The notes: generated from the letters alone by a model not told the origin. Positions 22,612 to 33,653 are shown, numbered from the stretch's first letter. The stretch: 64,000 nt of DNA from Nitrospinales bacterium (GCA_965223795.1 CBDCXL010000002.1:1088001-1152000); one strand, 5' to 3'. Numbers and translations: made by a program.

Positions 22612-22909
22612 TCCCCCTCTTTCCGGCCTGGCGGCTCCGGTTTGCCGATCGATCCTTGAAGCCGCGCCTGCATCCGATCCCGCTCTTCCATTCCCGAACG
22701 CTCACAGACACGCTCCTTCGCATCGGCTTTAATGAAAATTTCTGCTGCAAACTCTGCGGAGCGGGATGTCCCCGGATGATTTTTTTGCCAGTGCGCGCCG
22801 CATGTTGCACCCGGATGTTTCGCTCCAGCGAAAACGGGGATCTTCAGGCACTCGCAAGCTGCGGGCGCGTTTCCGGCGCGGCGGCACGGCCAATATCGGA
22901 ATACAATCG

Positions 22910-22938
22910 TTGACAAATCCCCATTGTTTAACTATAGT
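22910..22938 (+). promoter_or_regulatory. Sigma-70 promoter
   Basis: TTGACA-17 nt-TATAGT upstream of the DUF151 gene. Confidence 0.7.
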
Positions 22939-23042
22939 TTTAAAGGTATTGTTTTTACAGGTTTGCGTTGAATCCCGTTCAATTTATGGGCGTCTCGCCT
23001 TTAACGCGCCTGACTTTCCACTCTCTTTCAGGACACAACAAC

Positions 23043-23531
23043 ATGGTAGAGATGAAGGTTGAAGGATTGACGCTGGATCCTCTCACCAACATGCCGATCA
23101 TCATCCTGAAAGATTCCACGGGATCGAAAGCGCTGCCGATCTGGGTGGGCTATTTCGAAGCCAACGCCATCGCCCTGGAAATCGAAAAGATCACCACTCC
23201 GCGTCCCATGACGCACGACCTGATCCGCAACCTGATCCAGACCATGAAAGCGGAGATCAACCACATTCTGGTGAACGAATTGAAGGACAACACGTTCTAT
23301 GCGGTCATCTCCCTGGTTTCGGGCGGCAACACGGTCACCATCGATTCGCGCCCTTCCGATGCGATCGCGCTGGCGCTGCGCACGAAGTCGCCGATCTACG
23401 TCGAGGAAAAAGTGATCGAAGCCGCGAAAAGTCTGGACCTCCCCGATCCGGACAAGACCAACGTGGACGAGAAGAAGCAATGGAAGGACTGGCTGCAGAA
23501 CATCAAGCCGGGTGACTTCGGCAAGCTGTAA
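23043..23531 (+). CDS. Bifunctional nuclease family protein (DUF151)
   Basis: LPIWVG..EA.AI, PRPMTHDL, DSRPSDAIALA. Confidence 0.93.
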   Translation: MVEMKVEGLTLDPLTNMPIIILKDSTGSKALPIWVGYFEANAIALEIEKITTPRPMTHDLIRNLIQTMKAEINHILVNELKDNTFYAVISLVSGGNTVTIDSRPSDAIALALRTKSPIYVEEKVIEAAKSLDLPDPDKTNVDEKKQWKDWLQNIKPGDFGKL

Positions 23532-23686
23532 GTCCTTCCCCGTCAACGAAGTTTTTTATTCCCTCCCCCCGTTTTTTCCTTATACTACCCAACCTGAGAG
23601 GCGGCTTTTGCACCGCGCGTTCCGCAATCCGTGCGCATGCCGCTGAACGGATACCGTTTCAAACAGGCAGGTGAAGGCAGGTTGTC

Positions 23687-24574
23687 GTGAAAAACATCGC
23701 CGTTTTCTGCAAACACACCCCCTCGGTGGACACCGACGTGGTGCGCGGCCTTGCGCAGTGGCTGCGCCAGCGCGGGCTTTCGGTGTTCATGGACAGGGAC
23801 ACGGCCGCGCTTCTGGGTGAGTCTTCGGAGTTTGAGCGCGCGGACATTCCCGGCCGGGCCGATCTCATCATCGTGCTGGGCGGCGACGGCACGCTGCTCA
23901 GCGTCGCGCGCATCGCGCATCCTTTCGATGTGCCGGTTCTTGCGGTGAACCTCGGCAGCCTGGGTTTTCTGACGGCCATCACGCTGCCTGAAATTTACAC
24001 GACTTTGGAAACGGTGCTGCGCAAGGAATACGAACTCGACCACCGGATGCTGCTGACGGCCTGCGTGAAACGGAACGGCGCAACCGTGGCGGAGTATCAC
24101 GTGCTGAACGACGTGGTCATCAACAAGGGAGCGCTCGCCCGCATCGTCAACCTGCAGGTGCGGGTCAACGGCCAGTACATGACGGCGTACCGCGCGGACG
24201 GCCTGATCGTCGCCACGCCGACGGGATCGACGGCCTACTCGCTGTCCGCGGGCGGGCCCATCATCCATCCCAGCATGCACGCGCTGGTGCTGTGTCCGAT
24301 CTGCCCGTTCACGCTGACCAACCGTCCGATCGTCATTCCCGACGGCTCCGTCATCCAGGTGGAGCTGACGTCGGAAAAGGAAGACGTGCGCGTGACGCTG
24401 GACGGCCAGGAAGGCTGCGACATGTTCGCCGGCGACGTGCTGGAAATCAAAAAAGCCGCATCGTCGTTGAAATTGATTCAACTGCCGGGGAAAAACTACT
24501 ATCACCTGCTGCGCCAAAAGCTGCACTGGGGCAGCAACGACGACGCCCCTCCGGGCCCCGCCCGGCAGGAATGA
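23687..24574 (+). CDS. nadK: NAD(+) kinase
   Basis: GGDGTLL, NLGSLGFL, LNDVVI, ATPTGSTAYSLSAGGP. Confidence 0.96.
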   Translation: MKNIAVFCKHTPSVDTDVVRGLAQWLRQRGLSVFMDRDTAALLGESSEFERADIPGRADLIIVLGGDGTLLSVARIAHPFDVPVLAVNLGSLGFLTAITLPEIYTTLETVLRKEYELDHRMLLTACVKRNGATVAEYHVLNDVVINKGALARIVNLQVRVNGQYMTAYRADGLIVATPTGSTAYSLSAGGPIIHPSMHALVLCPICPFTLTNRPIVIPDGSVIQVELTSEKEDVRVTLDGQEGCDMFAGDVLEIKKAASSLKLIQLPGKNYYHLLRQKLHWGSNDDAPPGPARQE

Positions 24575-24751
24575 GGCGGACTTTTCCAGGCGAACCGGAA
24601 TCGCCCCGGCATAAGAGGTAAAACCCGCTTTGCACACTGTGGTGCATCACCGGGCCCCGCCCGGACGGGGCAGGACAAGGCAGGAACAGGGTATCCACTC
24701 CGCTCACCAGCGGAATCTTCTTCGCGGTTTTTCTTTCAACGATCCACGTTC

Positions 24752-25657
24752 ATGAACCAAAGCATCGTCGCCTGCGGCAAACGAGTGGACATCGGGACCG
24801 AAGTGGTTCTGTGGGACGATCCCGGCGGCTTCGTTTGCCCCAATAAGCGCGGACGTGTTAACTGCACGCAGCACGACCCGATCCTGAACGATCAGCCGAC
24901 GCAGCCGGACGCGGCCTATGTGTGGCGCGACGCGGACCGCGCCTATGAGGAACTCACGCAGACGGTGTACCAGTTTCTCGTTCACTACGATGTGTGCTGG
25001 TGTTCGTGGCAATGCCACGAACTGATGCGGGACAGCACGTTCAAGGGCAGCCAGTTCTACCTCGACATCGACGGCACCATCTATCAGACCTGCGACCTGT
25101 ACTGGAAAACCAACACGGGACCGGCGGACGACCGCATCGGCAACGAGCGCTCGATCCATGTGGAAATGGCGAACCTGTCCTGGGAAGCGCTGGCGAAAGA
25201 ATCGGAACTGTACAGCGTCGATAAGGATCAGTATCAGCATGCCAACGGCAAGTGGCGGCTCAAGATTCCGCAGGCGTACCGCGACAAGCTGCGCAACCCC
25301 GGCTTCAAGGCGGCGCCGGCGCGCGTTTACGGGAAACGCGGCTACTTCAGCCGCAGGATCAACGGCCGCCTGGTGCGGATGTGGGACTTCACGGAAGAGC
25401 AGTACCAGGCGCTCATCAAGCTGTGTTTCGGCGTGCATGCGCTTTTACCCGCCATCAAGCTCCAGACTCCGTACGACAAGTCGGCGCGCCGCGTCCCTCT
25501 CGACCGTTTACCGCGCTTTTCCACGTTCAAAGGGGTGCTGGGCCACGCTCACGTGCAAAAAGGCGCCTCAGCGGATCTCAAGCCGAAATACGATCCCGGC
25601 TCGGCGTTCGACTGGGCGCGCCTGCGGCGCGCCTTTCTCAAGCAAACGAAAAAATAA
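24752..25657 (+). CDS. N-acetylmuramoyl-L-alanine amidase (Amidase_2-like)
   Basis: FLVHYD, DGTIYQ, IHVEMAN, GVLGH..V....KYDPG zinc-ligand pattern. Confidence 0.75.
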   Translation: MNQSIVACGKRVDIGTEVVLWDDPGGFVCPNKRGRVNCTQHDPILNDQPTQPDAAYVWRDADRAYEELTQTVYQFLVHYDVCWCSWQCHELMRDSTFKGSQFYLDIDGTIYQTCDLYWKTNTGPADDRIGNERSIHVEMANLSWEALAKESELYSVDKDQYQHANGKWRLKIPQAYRDKLRNPGFKAAPARVYGKRGYFSRRINGRLVRMWDFTEEQYQALIKLCFGVHALLPAIKLQTPYDKSARRVPLDRLPRFSTFKGVLGHAHVQKGASADLKPKYDPGSAFDWARLRRAFLKQTKK

Positions 25658-25792
25658 TCCCACTGCGCGGACGCACTTTTCAAATCCCGTTTTTGTGCGC
25701 AAGCGGCGGCAATTCAGTCGTTTTAAAAAGGGGTTGACCTCATCACCTGTTTGGAGATAGCCTTTAAAGAACCCCTACGAACAGGTGCCTCC

Positions 25793-26329
25793 ATGATTCT
25801 TCATGCTAAAAATTCAATCACAACCGGCCGTTTTGCAGCGGTTTTGCTCTTCTTCGTGACGATCGCCCTGGGTTTCGCCGCAACGGCGTTCGCGGAAACG
25901 CTGTATGTGAAAAAATCCGGGACCAAGCTGCAGGCCGCGGACTCGCCGAAATCGGACGTGCTGGCGACGCTGAACGCGGGCACTCCCGTCAACGTGCTGC
26001 AACGGGGCAAGCGGTTTTTTCAGGTTTCCGCCGCCGGTAAAAAAGGATGGATCTTCAAGTTCAAGCTCACGGCGAAAGCGCCGCAGGCCTCCGGCGGTGA
26101 CGGCGACCTGCTGGGAGCGCTGGGCGGCCGGCAAAAGATCGCGGCGCGCGAATCGTCCTCCGGATCCAGCATCCGCGGCCTGAGCCCGATGGCGGAAGAG
26201 CGGGCGAAGAACAAAGGCACGCCCGAGGCCAACATCCGCGCTGTCAAGCAGATGGAAAACTTCAAGGTGTCGGCGGAAGAACTGGACCGTTTCCTCGAGC
26301 AGGGAAGCCTGGGAGCGTACGCACAATAA
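25793..26329 (+). CDS. Secreted SH3b-domain protein
   Basis: Signal peptide (ATAFA), SH3-like segment ending GKKGWI, SIRGL motif. Confidence 0.75.
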   Translation: MILHAKNSITTGRFAAVLLFFVTIALGFAATAFAETLYVKKSGTKLQAADSPKSDVLATLNAGTPVNVLQRGKRFFQVSAAGKKGWIFKFKLTAKAPQASGGDGDLLGALGGRQKIAARESSSGSSIRGLSPMAEERAKNKGTPEANIRAVKQMENFKVSAEELDRFLEQGSLGAYAQ

Positions 26330-26374
26330 CGAGCCTTTCTCCGGAAAACGGCTCTTTCTTTCTGGAATATATCG

Positions 26375-27358
26375 ATGACCAAACACACCCTCTTCATCTT
26401 CACGGCGGTTGCGGTTCTTTTGTTTGTGGGCGTCAACAGTTCGCATTCCTTCCGTCTGGAAGACCTGCTCAAACCGCCGCCGCAGAAGCAGCCGGAAAAG
26501 CAGCAGGCGGCGCCGGAACAAAAACAGCAACCGAAACAGGACCCGCAACAGCAGCAGGGCGGGCTGATCGGCCTGGGCGAATCGCTCGGCATCTTCGATG
26601 AGAAAACGTCCAAGGTGTTGAAGCAGGGCGTGGGAACGCTGCAGGCGTTTCAGCCGATCGGCTACGAAGAGGAAAAAGCCATCGGCGGGTCGCTGGCCAT
26701 CGAGGTGTTCGACAAGTTCGGCGGCATGCACCCAGACGCGACACTGCAGAAGTACGTCAACCTGGTCGGGCAGGCGGTCGCCGAAGTTTCGGACCGGTCG
26801 GACATCCCGTATCATTTCGCGGTGGTGAACACGGAACAGCCCAACGCGTTCGCCGCACCGGGCGGCTACGTGTTCGTCAGCGCCGGGCTGTTGCGCATGC
26901 TTGAGAACGAGGCGCAGCTCGCCGGCGTGCTGGGGCATGAGATCGCCCACATCACGCAGAAGCACGCGCTCAGCACGCTGCAGCGCAGCAAGGTGCTGTC
27001 GGGCCTCAGCGGTTTGACGATGGCGGCGATGGACAAGGACTCGGGGCTGTTCGACAACGTGATCAACGAAGTGTCCAACGTGCTGTTCACGCGCGGCCTC
27101 GACAAGGAACTGGAATTCGAGGCGGACAAATTCGGCACCGAGTTCGCGTTCCGGACGGGATATCAGCCCGCCGGTCTCAAAGAATTTCTCAACGTCTTAT
27201 CCGCATCGCGCGGGAAAGGCGGTTCCATTTTTCTGAGCACGCATCCCAGTCCGCGCGACCGCAATGCCCGGCTCATGCAGATCCTGCCGCGCTACCCCGG
27301 AGCGGGCTACCCGATCCTGGCGAATCGGTATCAGAAAGTGACAAAGGGCCGGTTATGA
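26375..27358 (+). CDS. M48 family metallopeptidase
   Basis: PNAFAAPGG, HEIAH, EFEAD, STHP. Confidence 0.92.
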   Translation: MTKHTLFIFTAVAVLLFVGVNSSHSFRLEDLLKPPPQKQPEKQQAAPEQKQQPKQDPQQQQGGLIGLGESLGIFDEKTSKVLKQGVGTLQAFQPIGYEEEKAIGGSLAIEVFDKFGGMHPDATLQKYVNLVGQAVAEVSDRSDIPYHFAVVNTEQPNAFAAPGGYVFVSAGLLRMLENEAQLAGVLGHEIAHITQKHALSTLQRSKVLSGLSGLTMAAMDKDSGLFDNVINEVSNVLFTRGLDKELEFEADKFGTEFAFRTGYQPAGLKEFLNVLSASRGKGGSIFLSTHPSPRDRNARLMQILPRYPGAGYPILANRYQKVTKGRL

Positions 27359-27840
27359 AAACGGGATTGTTCCGGGACGAGCTTCCCGGCGAAAAAAAGA
27401 GCATCGTCAACCTGCTGATGACCGGCTACATCGTCAGCATCTCCTGTCTGGGATACGCCGCGTTTTACATCTATATCCAGATGGGCCAGCTGGAACGCAT
27501 CGTCAACACCATCGACGTGCAGACGCAGGGCCCCGAGCAGGTGGAGCTTCTGAAAAACCGCATGACCCGCAGCACCGGTCAGCTGAAAAACGAGATCGTC
27601 GGATTGGCGATCCTGGGAAGCATCGTGTCGGTCATCGGCGGCATCTACACCATCAATATGGTGGTGCGGCCGCTGCGCAAGCTGATCCTGTTCGTCGAGA
27701 ACAAGGGCAAGGGCGAGCTTCCCGAGATCAAGACGAACAACGAGATCAAGCAATTGACCACGGCGCTCAGCACGCTCGACGGCGAGCCCAAACCGGTCCC
27801 GCCCGATCCGCAAAAACCGGCCGAACAATCCACCGCCTGA
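27355..27840 (+). CDS. Two-TM membrane protein with HAMP-like segment
   Basis: Two hydrophobic helices followed by VVRPLRKL...NEIKQLTTAL. Confidence 0.7.
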   Translation: MKTGLFRDELPGEKKSIVNLLMTGYIVSISCLGYAAFYIYIQMGQLERIVNTIDVQTQGPEQVELLKNRMTRSTGQLKNEIVGLAILGSIVSVIGGIYTINMVVRPLRKLILFVENKGKGELPEIKTNNEIKQLTTALSTLDGEPKPVPPDPQKPAEQSTA

Positions 27841-28061
27841 TTTTCACTCCGCTTCGTCGCAACACAATCCAGAGCGCGCATCCAGGCGCTTCCCCTGTTC
27901 GTCTTTTTTAGCGTTGCAATTTCTGTCAAGAATCCATGAGGCGGGCACGGCGTGAGCAGGCTTGTGCTTTGCGGGGGAGTTTGAAGCGCCAAACCATTTT
28001 GCATCAAACCAGCGAAAGATGCGCGGCGTGAGCGGGCTCGCCGCACGCGGAGTGGCGGGAG

Positions 28062-28832
28062 TCAGGAATCGAAAAAGTCGCCGGTCATGCGGTCGAGCTG
28101 GATGGGGAAGGAGAACACGGACTTGCGCGGGATGCCGATTTCATCGAGCAGCTGCACGAAGAAAAAATAGTTCATGCTCTGTTTCAGATTGTCGAGCGCC
28201 TTCGTGACGACAGCGGGATCGTGCGCGATGGGCACGAGTTGTTCGCAAAGTTCGGCCGCGTTCCACGCCTGGCCGCGCGGCATCTTGAGCAGCCGTGTGG
28301 TGCGGGCCACCTGCTGCACGTTGGCGCGCCGCCGCTCTTCCTGTCTTTCGAGTTTCAGGTACTTGATGCATTTTTCCCTGAGCAGCAGCCCCCGTTCCCA
28401 GGGTCCCGCCTCTTCCCAGTCCACGAACAGCGCCTTGCCGGTGCGCGAGTGCTTGAGATCCTGTTTCAGAGACTTCTGCAGCTCGCGGTACTTCGCCTTT
28501 TTGAGCGCTTCGGTTTCCTTGCGGAGTTCGAGTTCCTTTTCCCATTCTTCCCAGCGGAACTTGCGATCTTCGTCGCGCTTCGCTTTCCATTTGCGGTAAC
28601 GCAGGGTGAGCACGTCCTCGTAGGTCATCGCGTCGAGTTCGTCGTACAGTGCCTTGGCACGGGAAAAATGAAGGGAGGAGGCTGCATCGACGAGCACGGC
28701 GTATTTTTCCGGGTCCTTTTCCTTCAGTTCATCGGCTTTGGGAACCACGTACAGCCAGTACAAAACGCCCGCCGTCACGCCGACCAGCGCGAACATGCCT
28801 GCAACGCCTTTGACCCAACCGGGAATCTGCAT
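28062..28832 (-). CDS. Hypothetical protein with N-terminal TM anchor
   Basis: 256-aa ORF with a hydrophobic N-terminus and a charged helical body. Confidence 0.7.
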   Translation of the reverse strand: MQIPGWVKGVAGMFALVGVTAGVLYWLYVVPKADELKEKDPEKYAVLVDAASSLHFSRAKALYDELDAMTYEDVLTLRYRKWKAKRDEDRKFRWEEWEKELELRKETEALKKAKYRELQKSLKQDLKHSRTGKALFVDWEEAGPWERGLLLREKCIKYLKLERQEERRRANVQQVARTTRLLKMPRGQAWNAAELCEQLVPIAHDPAVVTKALDNLKQSMNYFFFVQLLDEIGIPRKSVFSFPIQLDRMTGDFFDS

Positions 28833-28991
28833 CGACCCGCCCCGAAAGATTAAAATCCAAATAAAACAAACGCTTAATCCTTATCGACGGAATCCGGGAA
28901 AAGGTTGACCGGTTTTTTGGGCCTTCGGCGGAGAAAACGCGTTTCACGGCCCGGGCGTGGCTGTTTGAGGGAAGGCCGCGGAGGAGAAGGG

Positions 28992-30539
28992 TCAGTGCTT
29001 GAAGTGGCGCAGCCCGGTGAACACCATGGCGATGCCGTGTTCCTCGGCGGCTTTGATGACTTCTTCGTCGCGGATCGACCCGCCGGGCTGGATGATGGCG
29101 GCGACGCCGTGTTCAGCGGCCGCGTCGACGGAGTCGCGGAACGGGAAGAACGCATCGGAAGCCATCACGCAGCCTTTGAGCGGTTCGTTGGCTTTTTCCA
29201 CCGCCAGCCGGGCGGAATCGACCCGGCTCATCTGGCCGGCGCCGACGCCGAGGGTGGCGCCGTCTCTGGCGTAGACGATGGCGTTGGACTTGACGTGCTT
29301 GGCCACCACCCAGGCGAACAGCAGGTCCTGCATTTCGCGGCCGGTGGGCGCGCGCGAGGTGACGGTTTTCAGTTTGGCCGGATCGTGGGCGATGGCATCG
29401 AGATCCTGAACGAGGACGCCGCCGCCGATGCGCTTGAGGTCCGTTTCCCGGGACGGATTATCCGGCAGCGGCAGCTCCATAAGACGGATGTTCTTTTTGG
29501 AGGCGAACACCTCCAGCGCCTTGGGATCGAAACCGGGAGCGACGACGGCTTCGACGAAATTCTGGATGATCTCGCGCGCCAGCGTTTCGCCCACCGGGCG
29601 GTTGAATCCGAGGATGCCGCCGAACGCCGACACCGGGTCGGTTTCGCGCGCGCGCACGAACACCGCGTTCGCGTCGTCGCCGGTGGCCACGCCGCAAGGG
29701 TTGGAGTGCTTGATGATCACCGAAGCGGAACCTTCGAATTCCGTGACCAGCTCCCAGGCGGCGTTGAGATCGAGAAAATTGTTGAACGACAGTTCCTTGC
29801 CCTGCAGCTGCTTCGCGGCGACGATGTCGGAAGGCCGGGCGCGCACGCCGCGGTAAAGCGATGCGGCCTGGTGCGGGTTTTCACCGTAACGCAGGTCCTG
29901 AACTTTTTCGTAGGGTTCGATGTGCAGCGGCGGAAACGCACCGGGATCGAGCTGGCCACTCAGGTAGCGCGTGATGATGGCGTCGTAACGCGCAGTGTGG
30001 GCGTAGGCGTCGCGGCTCAACCGCTGCCGGGTTTTGGCGGTGAGGGCACCGTCGTGGGCCTGCATTTCCTGGATCACGACGTCGTAATCTCTGGGGCTCA
30101 CGACCACGGCGACGTCGTTGAAGTTTTTCGCGGCGGAGCGGATCATGGCCGGACCGCCGATGTCGATGTTCTCGACGGCGTCTTCCAGCGTGCAGTTTTC
30201 TTTTGCGATGGTGGCCTCGAACGGATACAGGTTGATGGCCACCAGGTCGATCGGCACGATGCCGTGCTCGCGCATCGCGTCGGTGTGCGCGGCGACGTCG
30301 CGCCTGCCCAGAATCGCGCCGTGGATCTTGGGATGCAGGGTCTTGACGCGGCCGTCCATCATTTCCGGGAATCCGGTGACATCGGAAACGGCGGTCACCG
30401 GCACTCCGTTTTCCTGGAGCAGCGAGGCGGTGCCTCCGGTGGACAGAATCTCAACGCCCTGGCCGTGCAGTTTTTTGGCAAACTCGGCCACGCCGGATTT
30501 ATCGGAAACGCTGATCAGCGCTCTTTTAATGGGTCCCAT
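28992..30539 (-). CDS. purH: Bifunctional AICAR transformylase/IMP cyclohydrolase
   Basis: [34 protein letters not shown]-terminal RHFKH. Confidence 0.98.
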   Translation of the reverse strand: MGPIKRALISVSDKSGVAEFAKKLHGQGVEILSTGGTASLLQENGVPVTAVSDVTGFPEMMDGRVKTLHPKIHGAILGRRDVAAHTDAMREHGIVPIDLVAINLYPFEATIAKENCTLEDAVENIDIGGPAMIRSAAKNFNDVAVVVSPRDYDVVIQEMQAHDGALTAKTRQRLSRDAYAHTARYDAIITRYLSGQLDPGAFPPLHIEPYEKVQDLRYGENPHQAASLYRGVRARPSDIVAAKQLQGKELSFNNFLDLNAAWELVTEFEGSASVIIKHSNPCGVATGDDANAVFVRARETDPVSAFGGILGFNRPVGETLAREIIQNFVEAVVAPGFDPKALEVFASKKNIRLMELPLPDNPSRETDLKRIGGGVLVQDLDAIAHDPAKLKTVTSRAPTGREMQDLLFAWVVAKHVKSNAIVYARDGATLGVGAGQMSRVDSARLAVEKANEPLKGCVMASDAFFPFRDSVDAAAEHGVAAIIQPGGSIRDEEVIKAAEEHGIAMVFTGLRHFKH

Positions 30540-30545
30540 CAACGG

Positions 30546-30725
30546 TCAGATCCGTGGGGTTTTCTTTTTCGGAGGAGTTTTGCTGATCAACGAATCGGGA
30601 GTGAGCGCCTCGATGATCTTGAGCAGCCAGACAGGAAAGGACCCGATGGAGTCGAACAGCCGCGGTTCGTTTCTGGGCGGCGGCGGCACCTGATATTTCT
30701 TTGAATCCGGGTTTTGCTCGTTCAT
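30546..30725 (-). CDS. Small hypothetical protein (59 aa)
   Basis: GAGG RBS before the ATG; ends just upstream of purH. Confidence 0.5.
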   Translation of the reverse strand: MNEQNPDSKKYQVPPPPRNEPRLFDSIGSFPVWLLKIIEALTPDSLISKTPPKKKTPRI

Positions 30726-30950
30726 GGTTTCCTCAGGGTTCCTGCCTTTGGCGGACGCTTTCCCGGCAGGGAAAAATACGGCGCGTTTGGATCGAGTTGG
30801 AAATAGTACTATTTTTTGCCCGCATTGCAAATAAAAAACCGTGGCCGGGCGCGGCGGTTTGCCGCTGTCCCGCGTGCCGGTTCCGCGCCGGGCTCAGGCG
30901 TTCAACCTGTTGATCTTGCGTGCGCAAATTCTGAATCTGAATCACGCGGG

Positions 30951-32744
30951 TCACGGCTGGATGCACAGGCCGTGGGTGTGCTTCCACTCGATGGGACCCT
31001 TGAAGTTCAGGCCGCCGAACTGTTCGGCGAGGTTCTGGGCGCATTCGGCCAGCAGCCCCTTGAGAAACTCCCGGTCGCTTTCGGTCCAGGCCATGGCGGA
31101 TTGCAATATCCTTCGATGGAAGGATTCGATCAGGTCTTCGTCGACGACCCGCTCTTCCCCCGCCTTGATCGGCAGGACAAAGATGGTTTCCAGGAAACTG
31201 CGCGCTGCGGGTTCGGAAAGCGGTTCGCATCCAACCTCCTGAAACAGCACGTAGCGCGCCAGCGCCGTGGTGACCCAGGTGATCATGTCGCTGTCGTCGT
31301 GATTTTCGGGAACCGCACAGCGGTCCAGGTACGCCTGCATCGCCGTTTCTGAAAGATCGAGAAACAGTTTTGAAAAACGGACGTAAAATTTCCAGCGCGC
31401 GAGAAACGCCTCCTGTCGGCGGATGTCGTCGAGGCTTTGAAAATCGCGGAAGATGAGCGGCTCGCCCGCTCCGGCGAATTCTCCCACCTGTGGAAACCGC
31501 ACGACGAGCGCCGCCAGTTGATCCTTGTCGCCTGGGGTCAAAATAAATTCCAGGTGTTTGCCGTGTTCCTTGATGAAGGCTTCGGCGTTCCATTTGAGAT
31601 GCATCACCGTGTGGTGCCCGGCCTGAAATAGAAACTGCAGCCAGGTTTTCTCAAGCAGCGCTTTGCCTTTGGCGGGATCGGAAGACGCGCCCGACTCCAG
31701 ACCGATGTCGATGTAGCCGACGACCTTGCGCACGGCGCGGCGGCGCTGCTCGCGGTTGGCGGGGTCGGCGCGGTCGGCGACGAGAACCTTGTTGGCGAGG
31801 TTGGCGAGTTCCCAGCCCATCTGGCGCAGCGTTCGGGAACCGGCGAGCCTGGGCAGGCAGCGGCCGAGAAAGCTCGTGGATTCGACTTCGGCCAACACGT
31901 ACTGCGGCGGCAGGCCGCTTTCCATTTCCTCGGGCAGCTCCTTTTTGAGGGGCGCGCTCTCGCGCAGCGTCTGCGGGTCGAGCTGATGGTAGACCTTGAG
32001 CGCTTCGGTGAATTCGGGAATGCCCTTCTCCGCGGTGCGCGTCAGACGCCAGCGGTACGCGTTTTCCAGTGTGGGGGTGCGTGGATACCAGATCACCGCC
32101 TCCATCAGCGAATAAAACAGATCCGGGTCTTCCGCATGCAAGAGCAGCAGCAGATTTCTGAGGACGTCGGGTTCCTCGATCAGAAAGTAGATGTCGTACA
32201 CGCCGTCGGGTGAAAAATGGACGAGCTGTTCGGTGTTCTCGTAGGAGTCGGTCAACTCGTCCCGCTTGTACACCCTGATCAGCGCCTGCAGCAGCGTCAC
32301 CTTCTTGTCTGGCTCTTCGCTCTGAAACCATTTGAGCGCCTGCGGCTCGCCGCACCCTTCCAGGTGCGTGAGCCACTGCACGGCTTTTTGCGGCTGGAAT
32401 TTATCGCCCTGCCACCATTCCAGATCGAGCATGTACTGCAACTGCTCCTGGGAAACCAGAGCGAGGATGGGCAGCGCGTCGGATTCGCCGATGTCCTTCA
32501 CGGTCTGGTAAACCTCTTCCGCGGGCAACGCGCGCACCACTTCCACGGCGCGCGGGGACAGCTGAATGAAATCCTGTTTTTCCCTTCCATCAAGCGCCAT
32601 CACGCAACGTGCCTGTTCTTCGACAGGCATGCCGGCAAGGATCTCTTCCAGCTTCCAGGGCTGGGTTTCAATCCAGTCTTTGGGAAAAGGCAGTTCTCCA
32701 ATCCGGGGATTTTCAATGGAATCGTCGTTCATCGGAACCGTCAT
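30951..32744 (-). CDS. Conserved hypothetical protein (DUF6178-like)
   Basis: LDLEWW, AYRWRLTR..EKGIP, LANKVLVAD, LFQAG patterns; 597 aa. Confidence 0.7.
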   Translation of the reverse strand: MTVPMNDDSIENPRIGELPFPKDWIETQPWKLEEILAGMPVEEQARCVMALDGREKQDFIQLSPRAVEVVRALPAEEVYQTVKDIGESDALPILALVSQEQLQYMLDLEWWQGDKFQPQKAVQWLTHLEGCGEPQALKWFQSEEPDKKVTLLQALIRVYKRDELTDSYENTEQLVHFSPDGVYDIYFLIEEPDVLRNLLLLLHAEDPDLFYSLMEAVIWYPRTPTLENAYRWRLTRTAEKGIPEFTEALKVYHQLDPQTLRESAPLKKELPEEMESGLPPQYVLAEVESTSFLGRCLPRLAGSRTLRQMGWELANLANKVLVADRADPANREQRRRAVRKVVGYIDIGLESGASSDPAKGKALLEKTWLQFLFQAGHHTVMHLKWNAEAFIKEHGKHLEFILTPGDKDQLAALVVRFPQVGEFAGAGEPLIFRDFQSLDDIRRQEAFLARWKFYVRFSKLFLDLSETAMQAYLDRCAVPENHDDSDMITWVTTALARYVLFQEVGCEPLSEPAARSFLETIFVLPIKAGEERVVDEDLIESFHRRILQSAMAWTESDREFLKGLLAECAQNLAEQFGGLNFKGPIEWKHTHGLCIQP

Positions 32745-32870
32745 CGTGGACTCCCCAAAGACCGCCGCGCAGCCGCGCCCGGAGTCTGTTCGGACGTATC
32801 CAGCGGCACAGGTTGTGGGGATTGAAACCCGATTATAGCCGCTTGCATTGGGTCATTCAACCAAGCGCCG

Positions 32871-33653
32871 TCACCGGGGCCGGAGCATGGCGAGGGTCAA
32901 CAGCCGGCCCGTTTCAGCTTCTTTGCGGTAGGAAAAAAACCGTTCCGTGTCGCAGGCGGTGCAGGGTCCGAGGCGGTGGATGTTCTGCGGCTGCAACCCG
33001 GCTTCGAGGGCGTCCTGGCGGTTGGCTTCGAACAGATCGAGACGGTATTTTCCTTTTTCATCGGGATGGACGAAGCGTTCCCATTCGGCATAGCGGCTTT
33101 GAAACGGTTCGATGCAGTCGCCGCCCACTTCGTAACAGCAGCCGCCAATGCCGGGGCCCATTCCCGCTACAAGATCTTCGGGCCGCGACCCGCAATGTTT
33201 CTCAAAGGCGGCGACGGTGGCCGAGACGATGCGCGCCTCGGTTCCGCGCCGGCCCGCGTGCACGACGGCGGCGGCGTGGCGCACGGGATCGTAGATCACG
33301 ACGGGAACGCAGTCGGCGGTCATCACCGCGATGGGCCTGTCGGGCAGGCGGGTGAGCAGGGCGTCCGCGTCCACCCGGGCGGCGTCTTCGGGGACGGCGC
33401 CGGGGTCGTCCAGCAGGTGCACGCGGTTGCCGTGAACCTGGCGGGTCAGGAACAGATGCCCGGTCTCGATGTCCATCGAACGCAGAAGAATCTGCCTGTG
33501 CAGGCGCGAAGTTTCCGTCTGCCACAAGCGGGAAAACTCGAACTCGGTGCGCGCGCCGTTTGCGTCTTCAAAACTCCGCGGCGTGAAGCCGTGCACCCAT
33601 GCAGAATGCTCTGACAAACCGTCGATTGTGAACACGGAGACAACGCTTTTCAT
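32871..33653 (-). CDS. pgeF: Peptidoglycan editing factor/purine nucleoside phosphorylase (YfiH, laccase domain)
   Basis: QVHG, TADCVPV, VHAG, GPGIGGCCYEV, FFSYR. Confidence 0.92.
   Translation of the reverse strand: MKSVVSVFTIDGLSEHSAWVHGFTPRSFEDANGARTEFEFSRLWQTETSRLHRQILLRSMDIETGHLFLTRQVHGNRVHLLDDPGAVPEDAARVDADALLTRLPDRPIAVMTADCVPVVIYDPVRHAAAVVHAGRRGTEARIVSATVAAFEKHCGSRPEDLVAGMGPGIGGCCYEVGGDCIEPFQSRYAEWERFVHPDEKGKYRLDLFEANRQDALEAGLQPQNIHRLGPCTACDTERFFSYRKEAETGRLLTLAMLRPR

Noticed and set aside
24572..24710. Possible tRNA-like or ncRNA element ending in CACCA after nadK
   Set aside because: Short hairpins are present, but there is no T-loop or D-loop consensus; compatible with chance in GC-rich DNA.
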